Source: a bacterium (GTDB lineage Bacteria > Armatimonadota > Zipacnadia > Zipacnadales > UBA11051). Taken from it: a stretch of 64,000 nucleotides of DNA. Each line of letters starts with the position of its first letter. Within the stretch, counting starts at the first letter, position 1. The stretch spans positions 301 through 64,300 of the forward strand of contig JAUVVY010000024.1 of the NCBI GenBank assembly GCA_030604405.1. The letters run 5' to 3'. Shown here in pieces: positions 9,083-18,573 of this stretch. The translations under genes and the position numbers were made by a program. The notes under the pieces are model-generated. The model did not search any database. It had not been told where the DNA came from and saw only the letters and a program-made list of their open reading frames with translations.

Positions 9083-9106
9083 CCCCGGGATAGCCGTGCG
9101 AGCGCA

Positions 9107-9922
9107 TCAGAAGTGCCATTTTTGGCGGAGGGTGTGGTATGCTGCGGCCTCGACGGCGTGGCGGGCGTCCTCATCCGGCCACCTGACACCCGTGGAAGCC
9201 GCCTCACGACTGTGCTCTGCGACCGCCCGGTCCGTGATCACCAGGTCCAAACCGGCATTTTCCCTGATCTGGTGCGACAGGTCGTGGTCGCAATAGTACA
9301 GGGCAAAATCAGGATCGGGTGAAACGCTGTCCAGAAGCAGCGTGGAGCGCGGGAGCCATAAGCAGGCCAGGTGCGCCCACCATAGCACGTCGAGGCGCGG
9401 CTGACGCTGGTCCCAGGAGCCGATCTCCGTGCCGAGCTTCAGGCCGAGGAAGCTGCGCTCGGTCTCCTCGCCGCCGCTCATGCCGCCAAATGAGGAGATG
9501 GTGTTGCCGCCGACCTCAGTATAAAGCGGCGCGACCGCTCCGGTCCGCTCGCCGTGCAGCGCATGGGCCTCGCGGAAGGCCTCGACGATGCCGGGCCGGG
9601 CTATGACATCGGACTCCACGACCAGCAGTGCCTCGGAGCCGTTCTCGCGGGCGAGCCCGAAAGCATGGCCCAGCGACAGGCCCATGTTTGGCGAGTCCTC
9701 GGCGCCGAGTTCGCGGCAATGATACACCGCGCGCTGCCCGATCTCCTGCCCGTCGCGGATAACCGGGCCGGCTGACGCGGCGTACAGTTCCGCATCCGGC
9801 TGTGGCGAGAAGTCATCGCCGATCAGGTGCACGAAAGACGCCGGGACGACCTGCTCCAGCGCGGCGAAAGTGCGGCTCGCCACATCGTAGCGGCCGTGCA
9901 CCGGGGTGAAGAGTGTGATCAT
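9107..9922 (-). CDS. Glycosyltransferase (GT2-like)
   Basis: 271 aa with a glycosyltransferase-like fold pattern. Its C-terminal third is paralogous to the fragment at 8345..8587. Confidence 0.55.
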   Translation of the reverse strand: MITLFTPVHGRYDVASRTFAALEQVVPASFVHLIGDDFSPQPDAELYAASAGPVIRDGQEIGQRAVYHCRELGAEDSPNMGLSLGHAFGLARENGSEALLVVESDVIARPGIVEAFREAHALHGERTGAVAPLYTEVGGNTISSFGGMSGGEETERSFLGLKLGTEIGSWDQRQPRLDVLWWAHLACLWLPRSTLLLDSVSPDPDFALYYCDHDLSHQIRENAGLDLVITDRAVAEHSREAASTGVRWPDEDARHAVEAAAYHTLRQKWHF

Positions 9923-10019
9923 GGGATTGTTATCCTAGCGTTTGTGAGCCGGCGGGCGGCTATGGCGGACAAGCCCGCGGCCTACAATGAATGCCTCCAA
10001 ACGACGACGACGACACCTC

Positions 10020-10090
10020 CTAACCCCCTGGCCCCCTTCCCTATCAGGGAAGGGGGAATCAAAGGGGGATAGGCAAGGCTGCCCTGTCCA
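10020..10090. repeat. Internal fragment of the family A MITE-like element (copy 2, both termini missing)
   Basis: ctaaccccctggcccccttccctatcagggaagggggaatcaaagggggatagg matches the core of copies 1, 3 and 4. The gtaactactcacc and tgagtacttac ends are absent. Confidence 0.4.
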
Positions 10091-10127
10091 CGCGGATATG
10101 TTTCGTGACGCAAATGTGCAATATGAA

Positions 10128-10628
10128 TCAATCGGTCTCGGATTCGGGCGGGGCATCCAACTGCGGCAGGCGGGCCAGGACCGCGCGAACCACAACAGCT
10201 ACCACCAGCCCGATCCCAAACAGGGCAGCGCCAGCATAGACGCCGAAAAGCGCCGCAGCCACCGCGGCCATCGCCCCTGCATCCGCAGACAATAGCAATA
10301 ACTCGTAGGCGCGACGATGCTCCCGATCGAGGTGCTTTCCAAGCCACGCGGCCGCCAGCGCGACCACCACCGCGCCGGTCAGCGGAAGAAGTATCATCAT
10401 CGGCCGGTGCAGTTTCGGAGGCAATATCAACGCCCAGGCCGCGCCGATGAACGCCCCGGCAACTACCCCGCACATGCCGTAGCCGAACACCGTCAGATAG
10501 GCCCGCGGTTGCGGTGCCGTGCGCGTCGCAAAATCGTACCGGCACTGTGGGCACTTTCCGCTGAGTTTGTCCAATGGCAGCGGAAAGCCACAGTTGGGGC
10601 AAATTCGGTCAGAGTCGCGCCTGCTCAT
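10128..10628 (-). CDS. Membrane protein with an N-terminal zinc-ribbon (CPNCG…CPQC) and 3–4 predicted transmembrane helices
   Basis: A C-x2-C…C-x2-C motif is followed by hydrophobic segments. I recognise no family. Confidence 0.5.
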   Translation of the reverse strand: MSRRDSDRICPNCGFPLPLDKLSGKCPQCRYDFATRTAPQPRAYLTVFGYGMCGVVAGAFIGAAWALILPPKLHRPMMILLPLTGAVVVALAAAWLGKHLDREHRRAYELLLLSADAGAMAAVAAALFGVYAGAALFGIGLVVAVVVRAVLARLPQLDAPPESETD

Positions 10629-10777
10629 GCTCGCTTCCGTCGGAAATCAGACTGGAAGACTCTATTCGCGGTAGCAGTGCGAAATCCTTCCGTGGGGCTC
10701 TGGCGCACAAGCCGCGACGGACCTCAGTGCGGTGCCCCGAAGGACACTCCGCGCCAACGGCGAAACATACAAAGACC

Positions 10778-10867
10778 GTAACTACTCACCTATCCCCCTA
10801 GCCCCCTTCCCTGGTAGGGAAGGGGGAATCAAAGGGGGTTAGGCCAAGCCACAAGCTGAGTATTTGC
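10778..10867. mobile_element. MITE-like repeat, family A copy 3
   Basis: gtaactactcacc…cccccttccctggtagggaagggggaatcaaagggggttaggccaagccacaagctgagtatttgc. Lies immediately upstream of the rhamnose isomerase gene. Confidence 0.55.
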
Positions 10868-10926
10868 CAAACACCTGGCACACTCGCGAGCCGAGAGCTG
10901 AAAGTACAAGCGTGGAGGAGATATAT

Positions 10927-12150
10927 ATGCGCGATTTTCGGAGCGAATATAACACACTGGCCGAGCGTATGGCTGAAAAGGGCATTGCCATCGAGCCTGT
11001 CAAGGCCAGGCTGAAAGCCCAGGCGATTGAAACTCCCTCGTGGGGTTACGCAGACTCCGGCACCAGGTTCGGGACCTATCCTCAGCCCGGTGCGGCCATC
11101 ACTATCGAAGAGAAGCTGGCCGATGCCGCGCAGGTGCACAAGTTCACCGGCGTAGCGCCGGCCGTCGCCGTGCATGTGGCATGGGATTTCCCCGATGGCT
11201 TCGATCCGGCAATAGTCGAGTATGCCGAAAGCCTCGGAGTGCGGATCGGCGCGATCAATCCGACCTGCTTTCAGGACCCCGAAGGGCTGATGGGCACGAT
11301 CGCCAATCCGGACGCCCGCATTCGGCAGAAAGCCATTGATCACATGCTCGAGTCGGTCGAGATCGGCAGGCAGGTCGGCTCGCGGAACCTGAGTCTGTGG
11401 TTCACCGATGGCACGAATTACCCGGGCCAGGATGACCTGATACAGCGCAGGCACCGCGTCAGCGAGAGCTTGCAGGCGGTCTATGAGGCGATGCCTGAGA
11501 CGATGCGGATGCTGATCGAGTACAAGCCCTTCGAGCCGGCGTTTTATCACACCGACATCGCCGATTGGGGGATGGCTTACCTGTTCGCGAAGACCTGCGG
11601 CGAGCGGGCGAAGGTGCTGATTGACTTGGGCCACCACTTGCACGGCACCAACATCGAACACATCGTGGCGACGCTGCTGGATGAAGGCATGCTCGGAGGC
11701 TTTCATTTCAACAACGCCAGGTACGCCGATGATGACCTGGTGACCGGCTCGGTGAACCCGTACCAGGACTTCCTGGTATTCGACCAGCTCGTGGTGGCCG
11801 AAAGCAAGCCGCAGGCGGCGGATATCGCCTATATGATTGACCAGAACTTCAACGTGAAGCCGAAGCTAGCGGGGATGATCCAGAGCTGCTGCAACATCCA
11901 GCGGACCTACGCCAGGGCGCTGCTGGTGGATCGGGGGAAGCTGGCAGCGGCGCGGGAAGATGGCGATATCATCGGCTCCGAGCAGGCGCTGATAGAAGCG
12001 TTCAACACCGATGTGGAGCCGCTGCTGATGGTGGTGCGGGAGGAGATGGGGCTGGAGCCGGAGCCGCTGGCGGCATACCTGGCAAGCGGCTACCAGGAGC
12101 AGATCGAGCAAGCGCGGGGCATCCGGGAGGCCGGCGGCGGGCTGGGATAG
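10927..12150 (+). CDS. L-rhamnose isomerase (xylose-isomerase-like TIM barrel; non-E. coli type)
   Basis: About 407 aa, resembling the roughly 430-aa L-rhamnose isomerases of Pseudomonas and actinobacteria. GGAGGAG ribosome-binding site before the ATG at 10927. The ORF-track TTG at 10864 would add 21 aa. Confidence 0.6.
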   Translation: MRDFRSEYNTLAERMAEKGIAIEPVKARLKAQAIETPSWGYADSGTRFGTYPQPGAAITIEEKLADAAQVHKFTGVAPAVAVHVAWDFPDGFDPAIVEYAESLGVRIGAINPTCFQDPEGLMGTIANPDARIRQKAIDHMLESVEIGRQVGSRNLSLWFTDGTNYPGQDDLIQRRHRVSESLQAVYEAMPETMRMLIEYKPFEPAFYHTDIADWGMAYLFAKTCGERAKVLIDLGHHLHGTNIEHIVATLLDEGMLGGFHFNNARYADDDLVTGSVNPYQDFLVFDQLVVAESKPQAADIAYMIDQNFNVKPKLAGMIQSCCNIQRTYARALLVDRGKLAAAREDGDIIGSEQALIEAFNTDVEPLLMVVREEMGLEPEPLAAYLASGYQEQIEQARGIREAGGGLG

Positions 12151-12229
12151 AACGGCTGGGCAGGATGCCTCACCCACGGGCTTTTTGTGATGCTCGGCCC
12201 GCCCTCGCCGGGAGTTCTCTGCGGGAGAC

Positions 12230-13225
12230 ATGGTGTCCGAAATGATGGACTACACCTTCGTTGACCATACCCAGGTGCGTGACCTCATTGAGCAGGTTAC
12301 AATGCTCGAGGCGGTGGCGTTCGCTGAGTACGAGGGCGCGCCGACCTTTGACGAGAGCTTCACTGAATGGTACCTGAGGCGCCCCGGCTCCACTGCAAAG
12401 CTGTGCGTGGCTGCACTGGACGACGAGCAGATGGTCTCGGTGGTGCTGGTGGCAATCCAGCCGGTGCAGCTCGGCGGCAAGGTGCTGGACTGCGGGATCA
12501 TCGATTCGGTGGCCACCCATCCGCAGCACCGCAGGCAGGGCCTGGCACGCAAGCTGATGGAGATGGCGCATGAGCAGATGCGGGTGGCTGGTGCTGATGC
12601 AGGGGTGCTCTATACCAACCCCGAGGACCACCCGTACCCGTTCTATCAGCGGCTGGGATATCAGACGCGGGCGATCTGCCGGATGATGGAAGGCAGGAGG
12701 CCCGCCGAGAATGGGACGCTGACGGTGAGGGCGGCGGATGCGGTCGAGCATGAGATGATTGCCCGGATGCTGAATCAATTCTACAGCGCGCACGAGGGCT
12801 ACGCGCCGCTGAGTGCCGAGCTGTGGGAGTGGCATAAGGTGGCCAGGCCGATAGCAATGGAGCCCCTGCTACTGGTGGCTGAGGCCGATGGAAAACTGGC
12901 GGCGACCTGCACCTACGCTGAAGTGCCGGTGCTGCTGAGGGGCGAGACCGTTACCGTGGCCGTGCTTTCGGATTTTGCTTGCGAAGCCGATGCGTGCGAT
13001 GGGGCGGAGGCCGTGATGAGCGTGCTGGCGGCAGCGCCGCGAGAGAATGTGATGTGTCTGGTTGATGAAGCGGACCCGCTGGCCGACTTGTACGCCGCTG
13101 CCGGGTTCGAGAAGGCGGTCAGTGAAGTGAGCATGGTGCTGCCGTTTTCCAAAGCGGCGTACGAGGCGATGGCGAACAAGTGCGGGCCGTGGTACGTGAT
13201 GGTCGAGTCGGTGATCGGAGTATAG
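12230..13225 (+). CDS. GNAT family N-acetyltransferase (two-domain)
   Basis: Acetyl-CoA motif A HPQHRRQGLARKLM. A second GNAT-like half follows at the C-terminus. Confidence 0.7.
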   Translation: MVSEMMDYTFVDHTQVRDLIEQVTMLEAVAFAEYEGAPTFDESFTEWYLRRPGSTAKLCVAALDDEQMVSVVLVAIQPVQLGGKVLDCGIIDSVATHPQHRRQGLARKLMEMAHEQMRVAGADAGVLYTNPEDHPYPFYQRLGYQTRAICRMMEGRRPAENGTLTVRAADAVEHEMIARMLNQFYSAHEGYAPLSAELWEWHKVARPIAMEPLLLVAEADGKLAATCTYAEVPVLLRGETVTVAVLSDFACEADACDGAEAVMSVLAAAPRENVMCLVDEADPLADLYAAAGFEKAVSEVSMVLPFSKAAYEAMANKCGPWYVMVESVIGV

Positions 13226-13236
13226 GCGACAGCAGA

Positions 13237-14085
13237 ATGATCGAAGCAATCGTCAATATCCTGACGATGACTGTAAAGATCACCGTCATCGTGTTTCTGA
13301 TGATGGTGGTGATCGAATACCTGCAACTGCGCTATCAGGCGACAATGCGGCGGGGTCTGACCGGCCGGCGCTGGATACAGTACGTGGTGGCTGCGCTCCT
13401 GGGAGTGGTGCCGGGCTGCGTCGGGGCGTTCTTTGTGGTCAGCCTGTATATGCGCGGACTGACGAGCTTCGGGGCACTGGCGGCGGTGTTGATTGCAACC
13501 TCGGGCGACGGGGCCTTCGTGCTACTGACGGAAACGCCGCAGACCGCCCCCCTTCTATTTGCCATTTGCGCGCTCGCCGGTGTGCCAGTCGGCTTTATCG
13601 CTGATGCGCTGGTGGATAAGTTCAAGATCAAACTGTGTGAGCACTGTGAGCCGGAGCTGCACGAAGAGGACATGGCGGCATCCCCCTTTTCTCTGTCGCA
13701 TTTCGTCCGCGAGCATGTGTATCATCACATCATCCGTCAGCATCTGCTGAGCCTGTTTCTGTGGCTGCTGGGCGCGTTTGTGGTGCTTCAACTGATCCAG
13801 CCATACGTGGATGTGCGCGGGCTGCCGGTGAGTAATGTGGTGTTGGTGGCTATCGCTGCCGGCATCGGGATCTTGCCCGAAAGCGGCGCGCATCTGGTGT
13901 TCGTGCTGCTGTTTGCCGAGGGCGCGATCCCGTTTTCGGTGCTTCTGGCCATCAGCATCGTGCAGGACGGTCACGGCCTGATCCCGCTCTTGTCGGCATC
14001 GGTGCGCGACTCTTTGTACGTGAAGGCGGTCAATGTGGCGGCAGGGCTGATCATCGGCCTGGCGGCGCTGGGCTTGGGGTACTAG
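13237..14085 (+). CDS. Polytopic membrane protein, putative permease (ArsP_2/DUF2899-like?)
   Basis: Eight to ten hydrophobic helices. The family assignment is tentative. Confidence 0.45.
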   Translation: MIEAIVNILTMTVKITVIVFLMMVVIEYLQLRYQATMRRGLTGRRWIQYVVAALLGVVPGCVGAFFVVSLYMRGLTSFGALAAVLIATSGDGAFVLLTETPQTAPLLFAICALAGVPVGFIADALVDKFKIKLCEHCEPELHEEDMAASPFSLSHFVREHVYHHIIRQHLLSLFLWLLGAFVVLQLIQPYVDVRGLPVSNVVLVAIAAGIGILPESGAHLVFVLLFAEGAIPFSVLLAISIVQDGHGLIPLLSASVRDSLYVKAVNVAAGLIIGLAALGLGY

Positions 14086-14163
14086 GCCGGCAGGTGCGCG
14101 CGTCAGGTGCAAAGAAGCGTAAAGAGTGCTTTGGCGGCCAGATTACCCCACAGGGGGCCTGTG

Positions 14164-15024
14164 ATGGGTAAACCGATTATCTTCGATACTGACATCGGCA
14201 GCGATATAGATGACGCCTATGCGCTGGCGCTGATATTGCAGTGCCCGGAGCTGGAACTGACAGGCGTCACGGTGGGCCACGGGCCGACGCGACAGCGCGC
14301 CAAGCTAGCGCTGAAGATGCTGCACTACACTGGGCGTGACGCTGTACCGGTGGCGGTGGGTCGGGAAAGCGACTGGGATGTAAACCAGGCTCCGTGGGCC
14401 GAGGATTTCGACCTGCTGAGTCCGATAGAGCAGCCGGCGGCGGAGTTTGTGGTCGAAACGATTGACAGCCGGCCGGGCGAGATCACGCTCATCTGCGTGG
14501 GTCCCTTTACGAATCTCGGGGACGCTCTCGAACTGGACCCGGCAGTGATGCAGAAGGCCCGGCGGGTGATAGTCATGGGCGGCTGCATCGGCCTGCCGGA
14601 TGGCGCAACCCCTGAGCCGCACCCCGAATACAATGCCACAACGGACGCTGAAGCGACGCAGAAGCTGCTGGCAAGCTGCGGTGCGATTACGCTGGTGCCG
14701 CTGGACGTGACGAAGCATGTGCCGCTTTCGGAGCGCAACCGGCAGCTTCTGGCCGAGGCGGATTTGCCCCTGCCGCGTGCGCTCACAGAGCTTTATGAAT
14801 ACTGGCCGGGTGAGACGCCGCTGTTGCACGACCCGCTGGCGGTAGGGATGGCCGTATTGCCGCGCTTCTGCCAGACCGAGCGGATGAGAATAAGCGTGGA
14901 CGACGCTGGTGCGACGCTGATTTCTGAGGACGGCATCGAGATGGCGGTGTGCAGCACGGTTGAAGCAGAGGCGTTTCTGCATTTCTTCATGTCGCGGCTG
15001 CTGAGCGAATGGGGCGGGAAGTGA
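14164..15024 (+). CDS. Inosine-uridine preferring nucleoside hydrolase (IU-NH family)
   Basis: N-terminal DTDIGSDIDDAYAL aspartate cluster, which is the IU-NH signature. Start taken at MGKPIIFDTD. Confidence 0.8.
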   Translation: MGKPIIFDTDIGSDIDDAYALALILQCPELELTGVTVGHGPTRQRAKLALKMLHYTGRDAVPVAVGRESDWDVNQAPWAEDFDLLSPIEQPAAEFVVETIDSRPGEITLICVGPFTNLGDALELDPAVMQKARRVIVMGGCIGLPDGATPEPHPEYNATTDAEATQKLLASCGAITLVPLDVTKHVPLSERNRQLLAEADLPLPRALTELYEYWPGETPLLHDPLAVGMAVLPRFCQTERMRISVDDAGATLISEDGIEMAVCSTVEAEAFLHFFMSRLLSEWGGK

Positions 15025-15033
15025 GGAGCGACG

Positions 15034-17244
15034 TTGGCTGATTTCAGAGAGCAGCAAGCAGAGTTCCCCATAGATATGATGCTGGCGCGGCGGGGGCTGC
15101 GTCACCACACCCTGGGGCCAACCGGCAGGCGCGTCTATTGCGACCGGCTCGATAACCTAATCGGGCTGCGCGGCCGGTTTTGCTACCTCCACGACCGCGA
15201 GGACGGCCAGGCGATACGAGACCCAATCCTCATGAAGATAGCCGTCAACGGGACGCCGATTACCAGCAAGCGCGCGGCTGCATACTGGTATCCGTCGCAT
15301 CTTTATCGGCGCACCACCCAGCATGACCTGCGCATCCAGGAGTACAAGTTCATCACGCAAGATGACGTGCTGTGTGACCAGATCGAGCTGACTAATGAGA
15401 GTGATGCGGAAGTCACCATTACTATCGAGACGAGCAGCGGCGCGCTTTTGGAGGCGGCCCGGGTGGGCAAGGACGGTATCGCCGGCGGGTGGCGGACATA
15501 CGGCCAGTCGCTGCGGATGATCCTGGCCGCACCGGCGCGGCCTGATAGCAGCACGCGGGTCCTGAGCACCAGGCTGCGTCTGGGAGCGGGGCAGAGCACA
15601 GAGCTGTTCGTGGCCATGGCGGTCGCAGATACCCAACTTGTCGCACAGGAGGTATTGCGCGGGTGGGTGAAGCACGAGGACCCGCTCCTGGCGCACCGTA
15701 AGCAATATCAGGCCTGGTATGATGAGAATTGCCCCCGATTTGAGTGCTCTGATGAATGGGTCAGCCGCATGTGGTGGTATCGGTGGTTCGTGGTGCGGCA
15801 CAATTATGTTGACCCGCGCCTGGGCCACATCCGCCATCCGCTTTTCTACGAGGGCAAGCACGGCGGCTATGCGCGCGGGATCACTGCCAGTGCGCCGCTG
15901 ATTATCAATGAGGTGCGCTGGCTGCGCGATGCCGAGTACGCCCACGGCATGATGCGCAATTACATCGAGACACAGCCGCAACACGGCCTGTACCGCGACT
16001 TGTGGGTGGACTGGGTGCGAGACCTTGAGCCGGGACGCGAGGGCAATCCGGACCCCGGGTACGAGGAGTTCCTGCCGGCGGCGTTTTGGGGAGCGCTGCT
16101 GGTGCACCCGGATAAGGAATTGCTGGAAGATGCGGCGGCCTCGATGGTGGCAAACATCGCCGGGCTGCGCGAAATCCGCGACCGCAACGACAACCTGCTG
16201 CTCAACCCGGGCGGGCACCACATGACCCAGGAGCACGCGCCGTCGTTTGCCCACTTCCATAAATACAAAGACTGGTATGACTACACCGAGCTGGAGCGGC
16301 CGGATTACTCGGCCTTCTTCTACGCGAATCTGTGCGCGACGGCGGCTGCACACCGCAAGCTGGGCAACGCGCAGGAAGCGGAATGGTTCGGGAACCTGGC
16401 AGCGCGCTGTGCGAACGCGATCTGTGAGCAGCTGTGGGACCCCGAAGACGGCTGCTTCTACAGCATCCGCGAGCAGGACGGAGAGTTCGCCAGGTGCCGC
16501 GAGGCCAACGGGCTCTTCCCCTTTGCCTTCATGGCGGTGCCTGATGCGCCCGAGTACCACCGGGCGGTCGAATACCTGCTGGACGAAGAGGAGCTGCTGA
16601 CACCGTGGCCGTTCGCAACGGCCTCGCAGCGATGTCCGGCCTTCTCGGCGCAGCCCGGCTACTGGGGCCGGCAGAAAAAGCGCGCCTTCTGCATGTGGAA
16701 TGGCCCGACGTGGCCGTACACCAACAGCATTTTAGTCGAGGCGCTGGGCAACCTGGTCCGTCACCATTCGCAGGAGCTTGTGAACGCGGAGATACTGCGC
16801 GCGTTTATGGGCAAGTTTGCGCGGCTGATGCACGAGGACGGTGACGCCGGCTTGCCGCTGGTGCGGGAGTGCTACGACGGCGAGACCGGCAAGGGCTACG
16901 GCTGCCCGGACTATTTGCACAGCTCCTACAATGACTTGATAGTGCGCTTCATGTGCGGGCTGACGCCGGCGGACGAGCAGGAGCTTGTGATTGACCCGCT
17001 GTGTGCCGGGTGGTCGCATTTCCGCCTCGAGGGGCTGCGCTACCAGGGCCATGACATCAGCATAATCTACGAATCGCGGCCCCGCAAAAAAGCGTATCAG
17101 GACGTTGAGGCAGGCCTGACCGTGATTGTTGATGGAGAAGTCGCCGCGCACGCAGCCCGGCTGGAGGCAGTGGCGATAGAATTGCCGGCAGCAGAAGAGG
17201 CGGACGCTGAAGATGATGACGCGGGCGGCGAGGTTGTGCATTGA
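15034..17244 (+). CDS. Six-hairpin (alpha/alpha)6 glycoside hydrolase (GH63/GH37/GH78-like)
   Basis: 736 aa with a WNGPTWPYTNS-type motif and overall similarity to the (alpha/alpha)6 glucosidase, trehalase and rhamnosidase clan. I cannot fix the family. Confidence 0.5.
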   Translation: MADFREQQAEFPIDMMLARRGLRHHTLGPTGRRVYCDRLDNLIGLRGRFCYLHDREDGQAIRDPILMKIAVNGTPITSKRAAAYWYPSHLYRRTTQHDLRIQEYKFITQDDVLCDQIELTNESDAEVTITIETSSGALLEAARVGKDGIAGGWRTYGQSLRMILAAPARPDSSTRVLSTRLRLGAGQSTELFVAMAVADTQLVAQEVLRGWVKHEDPLLAHRKQYQAWYDENCPRFECSDEWVSRMWWYRWFVVRHNYVDPRLGHIRHPLFYEGKHGGYARGITASAPLIINEVRWLRDAEYAHGMMRNYIETQPQHGLYRDLWVDWVRDLEPGREGNPDPGYEEFLPAAFWGALLVHPDKELLEDAAASMVANIAGLREIRDRNDNLLLNPGGHHMTQEHAPSFAHFHKYKDWYDYTELERPDYSAFFYANLCATAAAHRKLGNAQEAEWFGNLAARCANAICEQLWDPEDGCFYSIREQDGEFARCREANGLFPFAFMAVPDAPEYHRAVEYLLDEEELLTPWPFATASQRCPAFSAQPGYWGRQKKRAFCMWNGPTWPYTNSILVEALGNLVRHHSQELVNAEILRAFMGKFARLMHEDGDAGLPLVRECYDGETGKGYGCPDYLHSSYNDLIVRFMCGLTPADEQELVIDPLCAGWSHFRLEGLRYQGHDISIIYESRPRKKAYQDVEAGLTVIVDGEVAAHAARLEAVAIELPAAEEADAEDDDAGGEVVH

Positions 17245-17337
17245 ACGGCGGACTACACGCAACATGGGCCTTCGATGCGACGGTGTCTGTTCCTGCAGAC
17301 ATTGTATCATCTGGTCGTCGTGATGGCTGGGCTGTTG

Positions 17338-18255
17338 CTAGCGTTGAGTGCCGTCGTACGGATCCTCTGTTAGCCATGGGCCCGGGCCGACCGTGCCGGT
17401 GTCGGCCTTGTACGTCGCCCTGACGTCTAAGCTGCTGTCCACGTTGAGTACCTCGCCGGCCTTGAGGAGTACCTTGCCGGGTTTCACCCGCGATGTGACC
17501 ATCACCTCTCCCTTATACACCATCACGTAACTGGCCCAGAGGTAGCGCTCCTTATACACGGTAACGCGGAAGTGGGTACCCCGGACGGCAGCGACTACCT
17601 CAGGAGTGAGAACCTCAAAGCGAGACCCGGGAGTAACTGTCACGTCAACCGAGCCTTGTTGCCCGTCGGGGATCCATACGACAGTGTGAAGTCCGGCGTC
17701 ACTGGAGACCGATGTCAACACAGCAACGCTCAGGCCGTCTTGAATATCTACCCGGCTGCCATCCGCGAATTTCAGTACGCCTCCCTCAACAAACTCGCCC
17801 GCACCTATTATCGTCGCATTGTGGGTTATGGCTCCCATCGGGCCGACTTCGGACTTGCTCTTGCCGCAGAGCACTGCGGCCTTGCGGCCGCGGTTGTGGC
17901 GCGGGCATCCGACCACGAATTCGCTGGCCTTGGCGACATTATAGCGGCCCACAAAGAAGGCACTGTAGCTGTCATCTGAATCGCGATCCTTGGGACACAC
18001 GAAGATGCTGTTAGTGTCCACATAGGGGCCCACGGAGACAGGCAGCCGCGACATCGGCGGCCCATGGTGGTCCTGATGATACAATTGGGCCGCAACGCCG
18101 ATCTGATGCAAATTAGCGGCGCACTGGACTACTCTAGCTGACTCCCGGGCGCCGGCGAAGACAGGAAAGAGAATCGCCGCCAATACAGCGATTATGCCGA
18201 TAACGGCAAGCAGCTCACTGAGAGTGAAGCCCCGAGCCCTGTAGTCGCCTCGCAT
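17338..18255 (-). CDS. Prepilin-type N-terminal cleavage/methylation protein with a DUF1559 N-terminus and FecR-like C-terminal domain (paralog 2)
   Basis: GFTLSELLAVIGIIAVLAAILFPVFAGARESARVVQCAANLHQIG is the prepilin plus DUF1559 signature. The C-terminal …FADGSRVDIQDGLSVAVL…GSRFEVLTP…VRGTHFRV fits the FecR pattern. GGGAGGA ribosome-binding site. Confidence 0.7.
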   Translation of the reverse strand: MRGDYRARGFTLSELLAVIGIIAVLAAILFPVFAGARESARVVQCAANLHQIGVAAQLYHQDHHGPPMSRLPVSVGPYVDTNSIFVCPKDRDSDDSYSAFFVGRYNVAKASEFVVGCPRHNRGRKAAVLCGKSKSEVGPMGAITHNATIIGAGEFVEGGVLKFADGSRVDIQDGLSVAVLTSVSSDAGLHTVVWIPDGQQGSVDVTVTPGSRFEVLTPEVVAAVRGTHFRVTVYKERYLWASYVMVYKGEVMVTSRVKPGKVLLKAGEVLNVDSSLDVRATYKADTGTVGPGPWLTEDPYDGTQR

Positions 18256-18474
18256 TTGTCGTCCTCCCTACCACATTGATGTGTGATATGTGCCGAATCC
18301 CGGTGGGATCGGCCGGCCTGTCACGGCTGAGTCTCGCAGCCTCATTGGTTCCGATTGCCAGGAGGATTCTACCCCGTTACGCTCAACTTATTCATAATTG
18401 ATTCTCAAGACGCGGTCAAAGTCAATGCCAGCGTGGCGAAAGCCGCATAGCAATGGCATCACAACTGTGACTGG

Positions 18475-18510
18475 GCGAAAAAAAGGCTGCGCCTGAATCT
18501 CGGGCGCAGC
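18475..18510 (-). terminator. Rho-independent terminator after prepilin paralog 1
   Basis: On the minus strand: gctgcgcc…ggcgcagc stem followed by cttttttt. Confidence 0.5.
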
Positions 18511-18573
18511 GGACCTGGGTGCGACGATACCCGTTACGGCTAAGGTTGTGTCACTCGGGCATTATCGTCATCC

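Noticed and set aside
6330-9100. Integrase, transposase or flanking tRNA marking the lower-GC stretch as a classical mobile genomic island.
   Set aside because: I found no tyrosine- or serine-recombinase or DDE-transposase-like ORF and no tRNA at either edge. The only tRNA, tRNA-Gln, is at 32.8 kb. The stretch is therefore reported only as compositionally atypical.
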